Notes: a model not told the origin generated them from the letters alone. Positions 42,226 through 54,018 are shown, counted from the stretch's first letter. The stretch: 64,000 nt of DNA from an uncultured Nitrospiraceae bacterium (GCA_963706325.1 CAVPLT010000007.1:352001-416000); one strand, 5' to 3'. Program-made: numbers and translations.

Positions 42226-43374
42226 ATGCTTGAGAGGAACAGCCTGACGCGTCGCCGGTGGATCAAGTCCCTGCTGTTGCTCGGCGTGATCATCGCCTGC
42301 GGAGTGATGCTTGCGGCATGGAAGCATTCGGCCATGCAGGACAGCCAGGCGGCGTCGGCGAATCAGCCAGAGCCGATGGAGGTCGTGACGGCCTCCGTCG
42401 CCAAATTGCTTGATCATCGCCCGACAACGACGTCGATCGGGACGGTTTTGGCTCTGCGCTCCATTACCCTTCGTAACGAACTGGCCGGCACCGTCAGTCA
42501 ATCCCGGCTGACGTCGGGTCAAATTGTCGAGGCCGGCGCCGTGCTGGTGTTGCTTGATGTGTCTGTCGAGGAAGCGGAACTGCACGCGCAGGAGGCGCAG
42601 GCCGCACTGGCGAAAACGGTCCTGACCAGGCGTCAACACTTGAGTCGGGACCTTGCCACGGCCGAAGAAGAAGTGGATCGCGCGCGCGCGGACCTCCAGG
42701 TGGCAATGGCCCAGATTGCCCGCACAAAAGCGGTTATTGCCCGCAAAACCATCCGCGCACCGTTTCGAGCGCGGGTTGGCCTGGCGGACGTTCATCCCGG
42801 ACAGTACTTGAACGAGGGCACTCAACTCACCACATTGCAAGGTGTAGATAACGCCGTGCATGTAGACTTCACCGTCTCGCAGCAAGTCGCCGCCGGTTTG
42901 CGAGTGGGTGATGGCGTCGAAGTGCTGACCGCGACTTCGGCTATCCCAATCGTAGCCAGGATCGTCGCGCTCGACTCACGCATCGATCCCACGACCCGCA
43001 ATGCCATGGTGCGCGCGAGAATCGAAGAAGCAGCCAATGCGCCGGCGCCAGGCGCGTCCGTGCGAATTCAAGTGCCTGTCGGCTTGTCGCGCAAGGCCGT
43101 TGCCGTTCCCGCCAGCGCAGTCAAGAAGGGGCCGGGCGGAGATCAGGTGTTTGTACTCACGTCAGGGGAAGACGGGAAAACCAGGGCCTATGTGAGGACC
43201 GTGGGGATCGGAGCGATCCTGGGCGATGAGGTGGTCATTCTGACCGGATTGTCCGCCGGAGAGCGAGTAGCCGCTGCCGGAGCCTTTAAGTTGCGGGACG
43301 CGGTACTCGTGGCGATTACCGGTGACCGCGCGATCGGGCAGACGGATGGCGAACCGATCGAGAGACCGCGCTAG
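42226..43374 (+). CDS. RND membrane fusion protein
   Basis: 'IRAPFRARVGL', 'ALDSRIDPTTRN'. Confidence 0.9.
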   Translation: MLERNSLTRRRWIKSLLLLGVIIACGVMLAAWKHSAMQDSQAASANQPEPMEVVTASVAKLLDHRPTTTSIGTVLALRSITLRNELAGTVSQSRLTSGQIVEAGAVLVLLDVSVEEAELHAQEAQAALAKTVLTRRQHLSRDLATAEEEVDRARADLQVAMAQIARTKAVIARKTIRAPFRARVGLADVHPGQYLNEGTQLTTLQGVDNAVHVDFTVSQQVAAGLRVGDGVEVLTATSAIPIVARIVALDSRIDPTTRNAMVRARIEEAANAPAPGASVRIQVPVGLSRKAVAVPASAVKKGPGGDQVFVLTSGEDGKTRAYVRTVGIGAILGDEVVILTGLSAGERVAAAGAFKLRDAVLVAITGDRAIGQTDGEPIERPR

Positions 43375-43510
43375 GCGACGAGCCGCGGTCGTCCTCCGGC
43401 ACAGGAGAGTAACGACACCTGCGCCCTGAGGTATCCTTCGCGACTCATGAGTTCCAGGGCGTTGTCGAAACTCTTCTATCATTGTTCTCCGCACCGAGAC
43501 GAGGACCTGC

Positions 43511-46500
43511 GTGCGCGCCTTCACCGATATTTTTATCAAACATCCCGTGCTCGCCGTGGTCCTGAACCTCATGATCGTTCTCATGGGGTGGCGAGCGCTG
43601 ACTGTCCTTCCGGTCCAGCAGTATCCGAAGATAGAAAGTTCGTCCGTCGTGATCACGACCACCTATTATGGCGCCAGCGCCGAGACGGTTCGCGGTTTTC
43701 TGACGACGCCGATTGAACGCGTCGTATCGGCTATCGGTGGCGTCGATTACATCGAGTCGACCAGTCGCGCCGGCGTCAGCACCGTGACGGTGCAATTGAA
43801 ACTCAACCACAGTAGTACGGCGGCGCTTGCCGAGATCAGCGCGCGTCTGCAGCAAGCCCGCGCTGAATTGCCCGCCGCAGCCGAGCCACCGGTCGTCGAA
43901 GTACGGCGCGCCGATCGGCCTAGTGCGTCCTTCTATCTGAGTTTTTCGTCTACAGAACGGGATGTCCCCGGAATTACCGATTGGCTCTCGCGGACGCTGC
44001 AACCGCAGATGGCGACGTTGCCTGGAGTGCAGCGTGTCACCATCGAGGGCGGCCGCGCAATCGCCATGCGTATTTGGATCGATCCTGATCGGCTAGCCGC
44101 GCTGAATCTGTCCCCAGGTGACGTGCAGGCGGCGTTGCGGCGCAACAATTTTCTGGCGGCCGTCGGTCGAACCAAGGGCCACCTGGTTCAGCTTAACCTG
44201 CTGGCTAATACGGACTTGCGCTCGGTCAGCGAATTTGAAGAGTTGATTGTGAGTGACCGGGGAAGCGCGTTGACGCGCCTGAAGGATGTGGCGAAAGTCG
44301 AGCTGGGCGCGGAAGAAGCCGACATGATGGCGAAGTTCAATGAGCGTGAAGCAGTGTACTTTGGGATATGGCCGCTGGTCGGCTCCAATGAGATCGAGGT
44401 CGCCCATCGCCTGCATGCTGAAATGGAGCGGCTCCGTCCGACGCTGCCGAAAGATATCGGCATGGAACTCGCGTACGACGCGACGGTGTTTATGGAGGAC
44501 GCGCTGAAGGAGATCACCAAGACCCTGTCGGAAACCATCATGATCGTCGGCCTGGTCGTATTTCTCTTCATGGGGTCGGTGCGGACTGCGCTGGTGCCAT
44601 TAGTGGCGATGCCGGTTTCGCTCATCGGGGCTGCCATCGTCATGCTCGCATTTGGATTCAGTCTCAATCTCCTGACGATGCTTGCGATCGTATTATCTGT
44701 CGGACTGGTTGTGGACGATGCGATCGTCGTGGTGGAGAATGTAGAGCGACACGTGCGTCGAGGCAAATCTCGGCTCGATGCAGCGTTGATCAGCGCGCGT
44801 GAGTTGCTCGGCCCCATCGTTGCCATGACGATTACCTTGGCGGTGGTCTATACGCCGATCGCCTTTCAGGGAGGATTGACGGGCTCTCTGTTCTTAGAAT
44901 TTGCAATCACACTTGCCGCCGCAGTGGTGGTCTCAGGGGTGGTGGCGGTGACACTGTCGCCGATGATGAGCTCGCATTTCGTGCACCCCCAGGGCGAACA
45001 GGGCCGACTGACCCTGCTGGTGAATCGCGCCTTCGAGGCGGTGCGCCGAGCCTATGCCCATGGACTCGACGGCGCGTTGGAAATACCATGGACAATTGTG
45101 GTGGCCTCGCTGCTTGTGATGGTTGCCGCCTGGCCTCTTTATTCATTTTCACGGCAAGAGCTCGCGCCCGTTGAGGACCAGAGCCACATCTTTTTCTTTC
45201 TTGAAGCAGCGCCCGACTCGACGCTGGATGCGACCAATCGAGAATCTCTATCGGTGGTCAAGGCTGTGGCGTCGTTCCCCGAGGCCAAATTTATGTGGTC
45301 TCTCACGTCGGCGTGGGGAGGCTTCGGCGGGATGGTGACGAAGGATTGGCGCGAGCGGACGCGTTCGACCGAAGCGATGTATGGCGAGGTGTACGGCAGG
45401 GTGTCGCAGGTAGCGGGACTGCGTGTGTTCCCGCGTCTGGATCCCCCGCTGCCGACGCCGGGCCAGTACGATGTCGAATTAATGCTCCAAAGTGATGTGC
45501 CGCTTGAACAGCTTCAGGAGACGGTGGCGGCGGTTGTCGGCGCGGGCTGGAAAAGCGGAAAATTCATGTACGTCGACACGGACCTCAAAATTGACTTGCC
45601 GCAAGCGAACGTGGTGCTCGATCGCGAGCGCCTGGCAGATCTTGGGCTTGATCTGGCCGGAGTCGGGCAGGAGCTCGGGACGTTGCTTGGCGGCGCGTAC
45701 GTCAATCGCTTTAATTTTTTCGATCGAAGCTACAAAGTGATTCCTCAAATCGGCGACAAGGGCCGAGAGACTATCGGCCCGCTGCTGGACCTCAAAATCA
45801 AGACGCCCGGAGGCCAGCTCGTCCCGGTTTCGACGTTCACCCATATCGAGGCCGGTACGGCGCCGCGCACGTTGAATCGCTTCCAACAACGCAATGCCGC
45901 GCGGGTGTTCGGCGGCGTCAAGCCGGGCGTCACCAAGGAAGAAGGACTACGCGTGCTTGAAGCTGCCGCGACCAATGCGCGAGGGCCGGGGGTCGTGCTG
46001 GATTATGGAGGGGAATCACGGCAAATCCGTCGCGAAGGCTCCGCGCTGACCGTGACGCTCGGCTTTGCCGTCGTGCTTATCTATCTTGTTCTGGCCGCGC
46101 AGTTCCGCAGTTTCCGTGATCCCTTGATCGTGCTTCTGGGATCGGTTCCACTGGCCATTTCCGGCGCGCTCATATTCAGTTTTCTGGATTTCACCACGAT
46201 CAATATTTATTCACAGGTCGGCCTGATCACGTTGGTCGGGCTTATTGCAAAGAATGGAATTTTGATCGTGGAGTTTGCCAATACGCTGCAGACCCGCGGC
46301 CTTTCAAAGGTAGCGGCCTTACGGGAGGCGTCGCTGACGCGGCTCCGGCCGGTACTGATGACTTCCGCAGCGACCGTCTTCGGCCACCTTCCACTGGTGC
46401 TGGTGTCGGGCCCTGGAGCCGGGGCTCGTAACAGTATAGGCGTGGTACTCGTCAGCGGTATGATCGTGGGCACGATTTTTACCCTTTTCGTGGTTCCGGT

Positions 46501-46573
46501 ATTTTATTCGCTGCTCGCAGAGCAACACCGACCTAATCAAGTGGACGAGCAAGCCGAGCAGCAGGCGACTTGA
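43511..46573 (+). CDS. RND efflux permease (AcrB/MexW-like)
   Basis: 'FTDIFIKHPVLA', '[13 protein letters not shown]', 'RLRPVLMT'; 1020 aa. Confidence 0.92.
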   Translation: MRAFTDIFIKHPVLAVVLNLMIVLMGWRALTVLPVQQYPKIESSSVVITTTYYGASAETVRGFLTTPIERVVSAIGGVDYIESTSRAGVSTVTVQLKLNHSSTAALAEISARLQQARAELPAAAEPPVVEVRRADRPSASFYLSFSSTERDVPGITDWLSRTLQPQMATLPGVQRVTIEGGRAIAMRIWIDPDRLAALNLSPGDVQAALRRNNFLAAVGRTKGHLVQLNLLANTDLRSVSEFEELIVSDRGSALTRLKDVAKVELGAEEADMMAKFNEREAVYFGIWPLVGSNEIEVAHRLHAEMERLRPTLPKDIGMELAYDATVFMEDALKEITKTLSETIMIVGLVVFLFMGSVRTALVPLVAMPVSLIGAAIVMLAFGFSLNLLTMLAIVLSVGLVVDDAIVVVENVERHVRRGKSRLDAALISARELLGPIVAMTITLAVVYTPIAFQGGLTGSLFLEFAITLAAAVVVSGVVAVTLSPMMSSHFVHPQGEQGRLTLLVNRAFEAVRRAYAHGLDGALEIPWTIVVASLLVMVAAWPLYSFSRQELAPVEDQSHIFFFLEAAPDSTLDATNRESLSVVKAVASFPEAKFMWSLTSAWGGFGGMVTKDWRERTRSTEAMYGEVYGRVSQVAGLRVFPRLDPPLPTPGQYDVELMLQSDVPLEQLQETVAAVVGAGWKSGKFMYVDTDLKIDLPQANVVLDRERLADLGLDLAGVGQELGTLLGGAYVNRFNFFDRSYKVIPQIGDKGRETIGPLLDLKIKTPGGQLVPVSTFTHIEAGTAPRTLNRFQQRNAARVFGGVKPGVTKEEGLRVLEAAATNARGPGVVLDYGGESRQIRREGSALTVTLGFAVVLIYLVLAAQFRSFRDPLIVLLGSVPLAISGALIFSFLDFTTINIYSQVGLITLVGLIAKNGILIVEFANTLQTRGLSKVAALREASLTRLRPVLMTSAATVFGHLPLVLVSGPGAGARNSIGVVLVSGMIVGTIFTLFVVPVFYSLLAEQHRPNQVDEQAEQQAT

Positions 46574-46651
46574 TTGGAGGTGCTCCCGCGTTGAGATGAG
46601 TCCATATCACTCGGCTTGCCCCTATGGGACGGCAGATAGAAAGGAAGGAAG

Positions 46652-47140
46652 ATGTCATATCCCGAGCCCCACTACCTTGGCGCCGGAGGCGAGTGTAGCG
46701 CGACGTTCCGTCCGGTGAACCAATCAATCGATGTAACGATCGGCCATGATACGGCCATGCAATATCTGGCCACCGGCGCCTCCACCCGCGGGCAATTCGG
46801 CCTCTACCGATGGGATGCCCAACCGCATTCTCGAGGGCCGAACGCACATTTCCACCGCACGATATCGGAGTCGTTCTTTATTCTGTCCGGCAGGCTGCGA
46901 CTCTTCAACGGAGAACGGTGGCTCGACGCGAAGGCCGGCGATTTTCTCTATGTTCCAGAAGGGGGGATCCACGGATTCCACAATGAGTCGGACGAACCTG
47001 GCTCCATGTTGCTGCTCTTTGCGCCCGGTGCTCCCCGCGAAGGCTATTTCGAAGCGATTGCGGAGAAAGCCGCCGGTCGCCGATTCAGCGAAGAGGAGTG
47101 GGCCGATCTTTGCCGCCGGCATGACAATTATTTTATCTGA
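46652..47140 (+). CDS. Cupin-domain protein
   Basis: 'HFHRTISESFFILSG', 'GGIHGFHN'. Confidence 0.85.
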   Translation: MSYPEPHYLGAGGECSATFRPVNQSIDVTIGHDTAMQYLATGASTRGQFGLYRWDAQPHSRGPNAHFHRTISESFFILSGRLRLFNGERWLDAKAGDFLYVPEGGIHGFHNESDEPGSMLLLFAPGAPREGYFEAIAEKAAGRRFSEEEWADLCRRHDNYFI

Positions 47141-47380
47141 GCCTGAGACAAGCCATTGATGGCACCGGACTTGATCGAACGAGAGTCGATGACCGCGATG
47201 CCCCCTCGTGCTGAAGACAGTCATCAGTTGGAATGGGTAGCCAATGAGGATCTGCTCGTCCCGGAAGGCCTGGTGATCAGGAGATGCTCGCATTCTTGAA
47301 GGCCTACGCAGTCACCGTCAGCATGGCTGAGACATTGCCCAGCCTCTGCAAGCAATACTCATGGCCAGAATGGAGACGTA

Positions 47381-48136
47381 ATGAACGACATAGCGAGAGT
47401 CACCGAAATAGCTCAGGACCACTATCTTATTTCAGTGTATGTGCCGGAGTTCAATCTCCGGTTCAATCATTTCCTGATTAAGGACGAGGAACCGTTACTA
47501 TTTCATACCGGCATGAAGCAGATCTTTCCGCTCGTACGTGATGCAGTTGCGCGCGTGCTCGATCCCGCGACAATCCGATGGATCTCATTCAGCCACTATG
47601 AAGCGGACGAGTGTGGCGCGTTGAACGAATGGTTACAGGTCGCGCCGAACGCTACCCCGCTCTGTGGCCTGGTCGGAGCCCTGGTCAGCGTCAATGATAT
47701 GGCCATTCGCCCAGCTCGCGTCATGGCCCATGACGAAGTGCTCCAGATCGGCCGATCTCGTGTGCGCTTCCGGCAGACGCCACATGTCCCGCACAATTGG
47801 GAGGCTGGGATGTTGTTTGAGGAAGTGAGCCGGACCCTGTTCTGCTCGGACCTGTTCACGCATGAGGGAGATACCCAACCGATCACCGAATCCGATGTCG
47901 TCGAACGCGCAAAACAATCATTGCTTGACGGACAGAATGGGCCCTTTGCCAATGCCTACCCCTACACGCCGTTGACCGAACCTCTCCTGCATGGCCTGGC
48001 CGAGCTGGAACCAGGGCAACTGGCGCTGATGCATGGCTCCGTGTATGCCGGAGATGGAGGACGAGCGCTACGCGAATTGGCCGTGATCATGCGCGAGGTG
48101 CTCGGCAAGGGTGCGTCAGTTCAGGCAGAAAAATAG
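47381..48136 (+). CDS. Metallo-beta-lactamase-fold protein (flavodiiron N-domain/ODP-like)
   Basis: '[10 protein letters not shown]', 'TPHVPHNWE', 'LFCSDLF'. Confidence 0.85.
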   Translation: MNDIARVTEIAQDHYLISVYVPEFNLRFNHFLIKDEEPLLFHTGMKQIFPLVRDAVARVLDPATIRWISFSHYEADECGALNEWLQVAPNATPLCGLVGALVSVNDMAIRPARVMAHDEVLQIGRSRVRFRQTPHVPHNWEAGMLFEEVSRTLFCSDLFTHEGDTQPITESDVVERAKQSLLDGQNGPFANAYPYTPLTEPLLHGLAELEPGQLALMHGSVYAGDGGRALRELAVIMREVLGKGASVQAEK

Positions 48137-48178
48137 TCATCGTCGAACGGAGGGGCACAGTAAGTATTGGAGTATGCC

Positions 48179-48550
48179 ATGGGCATTACGCTTAACCACA
48201 CCATCGTTCCGGCGCGCGACAAGATCGCTTCAGCGAAGTTCCTGGCTAAAATCTTGGGACTTTCTTTTAACGAAGAGGCTGTCGGATTTTTTGCGCCGCT
48301 TCGGATCAATGAGACGCTGACGCTCGACTTCGATGAGGCTGCTGAACCGTTCCATATCCATCACTATGCATTCAAAGTGAGCGAATCGGACTTCGATACG
48401 ATGTTCAGCCGCATCAGAGCCGAAGGCATTCCCTATGGGAGCGGACCACAGGCACGAGAAAACTTGGCTATCAATCATCACGCGGGAGGCCGCGGGGTCT
48501 ATTTTTGCGACCCCAACGGGCATATTCTTGAATTGCTCACGGCCGAGTAA
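48179..48550 (+). CDS. VOC/glyoxalase-family protein
   Basis: 'LNHTIVPARDK', 'HYAFKVSE', 'GRGVYFCDPNGHILEL'. Confidence 0.88.
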   Translation: MGITLNHTIVPARDKIASAKFLAKILGLSFNEEAVGFFAPLRINETLTLDFDEAAEPFHIHHYAFKVSESDFDTMFSRIRAEGIPYGSGPQARENLAINHHAGGRGVYFCDPNGHILELLTAE

Positions 48551-48671
48551 TGTCAGAGGAGCCGCAAGCCGTGTACTCACACGAATTCGGCCGGCAGGAT
48601 AGTGTGTCGGCGGAGCGGGATGTCCGGGTACCTTGCGATACTTGGTCCCATTGCACGAAGAGCTTGCTCTC

Positions 48672-49256
48672 ATGAAAGCGATACGGTTGCATCGGGTTGG
48701 AGGAGCTGAATCACTGCGGTGTGAAGAAGCGCAGAAGCCCGTTCCCAAGGATGATCATGCCCTGGTGCGTGTCCATGCGGCTGCGGTCACGCCGACGGAG
48801 TTGATGTGGTATCCCACGTTCCATACCCCTCAAGGCGGACCCAGAGATTTTCCTCTCATTCTCGGTCACGAACTCTCAGGAGTGGTGGAAGCGTTCGGAC
48901 CGGCATGCGTTGGGGTTGAGGTGGGTCAGTCGGTGTATGGGTTAAACGATTGGTTCATGGATGGAGTACAGGCGGACTATTGTCTGACAGATTCTGCCAG
49001 CGTCGCCCCGAAGCCGCGCACGCTCGATCATATTCATGCGGCTGTGGTTCCGATTTCAGCCCTCACTGCCTGGCAAGCGCTCGTCGAGCGTGCCCGCCTT
49101 GCGAAAGGGCAGCGGGTATTGATCCATGGCGGGGCCGGCGCGAACGACCGGGGGGTATTGCGGGGATCAAATGGTTTTCGTCTCCTACTCCAACAGCATG
49201 GCTTGGCTCGGCAAACCGCCGTCGCCAAAGCATCGGAAGCCGGAGACGAACGGTGA
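48672..49256 (+). pseudogene. Truncated NADP-dependent (MDR/quinone) oxidoreductase
   Basis: MDR N-domain 'ILGHELSGVV', 'ALTAWQAL'; similarity stops at 'VLIHGGAG' (~49140) inside the Rossmann glycine loop. Confidence 0.75.
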
Positions 49257-49273
49257 CTCAAAAGGAGAAGCTC

Positions 49274-49624
49274 ATGAAACCCAATATTGAGAAGGTAAAA
49301 GCGTTCGTCCGGGATCTGCGGGATGACAAGGAAAGCCCTCGCAAGCCGCGCGAGACGCTGGCGGGCTATGCATTGGCCGCACGGGCAGTCGACAAGTGTC
49401 GGGCTGTCCTCGTGGGGTGTGAGGGGGAGTATTTTTCCAACTGTCCGCTCGATCAGCGGTGGCTCACGTTTGCCGGAATTGAATACGAGGCGTTCAGGTC
49501 TTTCGTCGCGACCGGAGCAACCGACGAGGAGATTGCTGAATGGATCGGAGAGCATGCCAAGAAACGGACGCAGGCCGAGATCGAGGAGTGGAATAAGCGT
49601 GAAGGCGCGGTGAGGATCAGCTGA
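49274..49624 (+). CDS. DUF5069-like protein
   Basis: 'PRKPRETLAGY..ARAVDKCRA..GEYFSNCPLDQRWLTFAGI'; AAGGAG RBS. Confidence 0.75.
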   Translation: MKPNIEKVKAFVRDLRDDKESPRKPRETLAGYALAARAVDKCRAVLVGCEGEYFSNCPLDQRWLTFAGIEYEAFRSFVATGATDEEIAEWIGEHAKKRTQAEIEEWNKREGAVRIS

Positions 49625-50497
49625 GAGGACGGTTGGTATCGGCGGTCAGTCTAGTCGAGCGATGAAGGCTTTCGCTTCGGTCAGGCTCAATTCCTTGTGA
49701 AGTCGCAGCAAACGAATGGCATGCACCGTCCAGCTTTGTGCCACCGCGGCCTGCACGCTGCCCACGACAAGATCCGAGGTTGGGCGCGCTCAACCGTAGC
49801 AGGGACCGAATCGCCTCGGCGATCGTGTCATAGGCCTCTCCTGTCCCACCGGCATAGATCCTGCTGAACGGCACCTCCCCTTATTCAGTCATGAACGCGA
49901 GGCGAGAAGCGGGACGGGTCGCATCGCTCCCCAGGCAAGTTGGGAGCACCGCGGAGGTCACCTGGCTGAAAGGTAACCCGCCTGCCTTGGTGCAAAAGAC
50001 TCCTTTGGGACACCAGCGGATCTGACCTTCGCTTGGATCGAACTCACAGCGGCTTATCCTTCTCAAAGGGCTGACTATCCGCATCGTTTGATAACACTGT
50101 CCGTGCTTCCCGGAGCAAGTGGCACTGTCACCTTTCTGGCCATGTCCTCTGGCTGAGCCGACTCAGTCTCACCGCTCGATGTTTCAGAAAAAATGCCGAT
50201 ACATATCTGAGGATCATCCGGCCTGCGAAGGTCGATGTACGCCTATGGAAAAATCATCCCGACTTGGCGGACAGGCTGAGTCGAATGGGGCGGACAATCA
50301 GATCTCATCATGAACCACGAATGGGCGCAATCGTAGTGATGTCCATCTTGAGCAAGTGTCCGTTCCGTCGTTGTTCAGGAACACCTCGGACGTTCCGACC
50401 GTTCGATGCATGCTCCCGACTCAATGTCCTTGGGGGAGGGCCAACGCGCCTCCTGTGGCGACTGCTATGGCAGTGAGCCCGGAGTAAGGAGAGTCCC

Positions 50498-51772
50498 ATG
50501 GAACAGAGTCGGATAAACCAGTCATTCGCACTGGATTCAGCGACCGCGCACACGATCTTAGACAGCGCGTTGGATGCGCACATTCTCATGAGCCAAACCG
50601 GAACCATCGTCGCTTGGAACCCGCAGAGCGAACGGATCTTTGGATGGACTGCCCAGGAGGTGCTGGGACGCTGTCTCTCTGAAGTAATCATTCCACCTGC
50701 TTTTCGGGAGGCCCATGAACGAGGGATTCGAACGTTCGAGTCTACCGGGCAGGGCACTGTGCTGGGGAAACGGATTGAGGTTGACGGTTGGCACCGGGAC
50801 CAACGGCAATTCTCCATCGAATTGACAGTCACTTGTTGCCCGATCTGCCGATACCATGGAACTGGGATGAGGTCGTCGGCATGATGCAGGGCGGGGGCGA
50901 CCGGAAGAAAGTTCGTCTGCGTCAGGGTGATGGGACCGGCTGGATATTCATGGGCAAAGACATTACCGAACAAGTCAAACTGGAGCATGACATCGCGCAG
51001 TCCCAGAAGCTTGAATCCATCGGCCAGCTCGCCGCGGGTATCGCACATGAGATCAATACTCCGACGCAGTTCGTCGGCGACAACACCATGTTTCTCAATG
51101 AGTCATTCATCGATGTGTTACACGTGCTGCGGCAGTCAGGCTCTGCTTGCCGCCGTGCAGGCCGGCGCCTGTTCGCCGGCTCTCATCGATGCCTGCGTGG
51201 CTGCCAACGAGCAGGCAGACTTTACCTATCTGCTGTCAGAGATTCCTCAGGCTATCTTTCAATCGCTCGACGGCATCGCTCGGGTGGGGAGCATTGTGCA
51301 GGCGATGAAAGAATTCGCTCATCCTGGCACGCACGAAAAAACCGCCGTCAATCTGAATGATGCCATTATGAGCACCATCACCGTGGCCAGCAACGAATGG
51401 AAATATGTGGCGGAGATGCAGACTCGGCTGGATCAGTCGTTGCCGCCGGTGCCATGCCTGGTCGGAGAGTTCAATCAGGTCATGCTGAACATCATTGTGA
51501 ATGCGGCCCATGCCATCGCCAACGTCGTCAAGAGATCGGGCGCAAAAGGCATCATTACGGTGTCCAGGGAATGAGTTGGGGAATCGGCAGAGATACGGAT
51601 TGCCGATACCGGGGGCGGCATTCCGGAGTCGATTCGGTCAAAGATCTTCGACCCATTTTTAACGACCAAAGAGGTGGGAAAGGGTACCGGCCAAGGATTA
51701 GCCATCGCGCGTTCGGTTGTCGTGGACAAACATGGCGGCACTATCACCGTGGACAGCGAACCGGGACTGGGC
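50498..51772 (+). pseudogene. Degraded PAS-domain sensor histidine kinase
   Basis: PAS (50498-~50830), H-box 'AHEINTPTQF' in a second frame, HATPase in a third frame with an in-frame TGA at 51572-51574 before 'IADTGGGIP..TTKEVGKGTGQGL'. Confidence 0.85.
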
Positions 51773-52190
51773 TGCTCGCGTCGAAGGGGCAAGTGGTCAC
51801 TTCTTCTATGCGTATGCGATTTCAGAGTCTGGCCGGCTCGATGAAAATTCAAGAGCCCCTCATGGTCATGCACTCCAAGCAAGCACGCTCGCGACAGAGC
51901 GACCCTGGCCAGCAGGCTGTGAATTACCTCGTGCAAAAGCTTAAGACTGCCTAGTTGTCCACGCCCACTATTTGTGAAACCTCCGGCTCCCCCCTTCACG
52001 CTGTCGTGAGCATGCTTCAAAGGGATGAAAGAACATTCCATCCCGCCCTCTGTACGTCTTTTTGAACTGCTGATGCACCCTGCCGCTCAAATGCTAGGGG
52101 ATTCCCTGGTTGACGGTGTCTGTGACGGTGATACCGTGGAATCACCCAGCCAGGCCCAGGCGCAGGTCACCGTTAACCAAAGGATCTACG

Positions 52191-52580
52191 ATGCCGATGT
52201 TCATGCAACGATATGCGCCTCAGACCTATGCGTTGATGCGCATGATGACGGGCTTCCTGTTTCTGTGGCATGGCGCGCAAAAATTATTTAGCATCCCGAT
52301 GCCGCCTCCGATGCAGCTCCCGTCCTTCGTGATTGCGATCGCCGGACCGATTGAACTCGTTGGAGGCTTGCTGGTCATGATCGGGCTCTTTACCAGCTGG
52401 GCGGCCTTTCTGTGCAGCGGGCTGATGGCCTTTGCCTACTGGATGGGCCACGGCACGCAGGCGCTGTTGCCGCTTCAGAACATGGGCGAACTCGCGGCTC
52501 TCTATTGCTTCGTGTTTCTGTACATCTCCGCTCAGGGATCCGGTATCTGGAGCGTGGATGCGGCGCGCAAAGGCAGGTAG
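52191..52580 (+). CDS. DoxX-family membrane protein
   Basis: 'RMMTGFLFLWHGAQKLF', 'GSGIWSVD'. Confidence 0.88.
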   Translation: MPMFMQRYAPQTYALMRMMTGFLFLWHGAQKLFSIPMPPPMQLPSFVIAIAGPIELVGGLLVMIGLFTSWAAFLCSGLMAFAYWMGHGTQALLPLQNMGELAALYCFVFLYISAQGSGIWSVDAARKGR

Positions 52581-52600
52581 ATGATTCAAGAAGAGGGTGC

Positions 52601-52999
52601 ATGAGTCACGTGCTGCGCCTTAGTACCACGGAGCTCAAGCAGATTGTGGACTTGACCGATCAGGTCCAGGGCCTCATCCGGCAAGCGAACCTCAAAGAGG
52701 GGCTTTGCACCGTCTTTGTCACCCACACGACGGCCGCGGTCACCACCGGAGAAATCGGGGAAGGGACCGAGCAAGATTTTCTTCAAGTTGTGGAGCAGAT
52801 GATTCCCCGCATCCAATTTCGCCACGCGCATGATCCGTCACATGCCTGGTCCCACATGGCTTCTTCGATTTTGGGGCCTTCCCTTACCATTCCCGTGTCA
52901 TCCGGCAAACTCGTGCTTGGAACTTGGCAATCGGTGATGCTGGTTGAATTAGATGGTCCGCGTGAGCGGAATGTGCACGTCACCTTGCTTCGTTCCTGA
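52601..52999 (+). CDS. YjbQ/UPF0047 family protein
   Basis: 'HTTAAVT', 'LGTWQSVMLVELDGPRER'. Confidence 0.88.
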   Translation: MSHVLRLSTTELKQIVDLTDQVQGLIRQANLKEGLCTVFVTHTTAAVTTGEIGEGTEQDFLQVVEQMIPRIQFRHAHDPSHAWSHMASSILGPSLTIPVSSGKLVLGTWQSVMLVELDGPRERNVHVTLLRS

Positions 53000-53092
53000 G
53001 TCATGTGTATTCCACGGGAGTGAGAACGGGCGCGGGGGAGGAGCTGTCGCGCTGCGCCGGTGAAGCTGACGGCATCTTTGCAGGAGGTCAAC

Positions 53093-53578
53093 ATGCGCAT
53101 TCTAGTGGCGGTGGACGAGTCGGAGAATTCTCATCGCGCCGTGCAGTATGTCGGCGCGCTGCTCCGCCGAACACCGGACGTGGCGGTCACGCTCTTTCAT
53201 GTGTTGAAGCCGATGCCGCGGGAATTGCTGGAGCATGGCGGCTCAGAGAATCCTGCCGCCGAGGCTAAGTTAGGGGCGCAGTTACGTTCGGATCAAGAAT
53301 CCTGGCTGCGAACGGAGCGAGAATCCGAATGCTCAGTGCTTCGAACGGCTTGGACCGCTTTGATGAGTTATGGATTTGATGCGAACCAAGTGAGCATGGC
53401 ATTCGGCCATGAGGACGACATCGCCGCGAATATTCTCGAGGAAGCGCGACGCGGCGAGCACAACACCATTGTCCTGGGGCGCCATGGAACGTCGCGCATC
53501 AAGCGCATGTTCGGCGGCGGCGTGACGGACCAGTTATTGCGCCAAGCCAAGGGGTTTGCGATCTGGGTAGTGGAATAG
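53093..53578 (+). CDS. Universal stress protein
   Basis: 'ILVAVDESENSHRAV', 'IVLGRHG..FGGGVTDQLL'. Confidence 0.9.
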   Translation: MRILVAVDESENSHRAVQYVGALLRRTPDVAVTLFHVLKPMPRELLEHGGSENPAAEAKLGAQLRSDQESWLRTERESECSVLRTAWTALMSYGFDANQVSMAFGHEDDIAANILEEARRGEHNTIVLGRHGTSRIKRMFGGGVTDQLLRQAKGFAIWVVE

Positions 53579-53711
53579 AGTGCTATGACGGGCCGAGGCA
53601 CGGCCCTTGATCTATCAACCCCGACGGATGGTTTCGCTCCACATTGTTATGGATGTGGAAGTCATCACAAAGCATGACTACAAAGCCATACGGACAAACG
53701 GTTTACGGTTC

Positions 53712-54018
53712 CGGACTCCGAAGGAGGGCGAATCAGCGCCGTGCTGTCCTCTCCTCCAGCCTCCACAGACAAAATCGTTATTCTCTGCCACGGTTCATGG
53801 GGTCCAAGGATAGTTGGACTAATCGGGTGCTGAGCGAGCGGCTCGCGAAGCATCAGATCTCCACTCTGCGGTTCGATTTTTTCGGGCATGGGCAGAGCGA
53901 TGGAGGGCTGAAAGGTTTGCTACTCACGACGCTCGTCGCTCAAACTGACAGCGTCATGGCCTTGATGCATGGATATGGGTTTGCGCATATCGCTTTACGG
54001 GGATCCAGCTTCGGTGGC
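53712..54018 (+). pseudogene. Alpha/beta-hydrolase remnant
   Basis: 'RISAVLSSP..KIVILCHG' frameshifts into 'FMGSKDS..RFDFFGHGQSDG..GSSFGG' and then ends. Confidence 0.7.

Noticed and set aside
49625..50490. Short ORFs in the intergenic stretch
   Set aside because: No RBS or recognisable motifs; possibly unidentifiable remnants.
50830..51574. Programmed frameshift or selenocysteine readthrough in the kinase
   Set aside because: Several independent lesions and no evident slippery site or SECIS; pseudogenisation is simpler.
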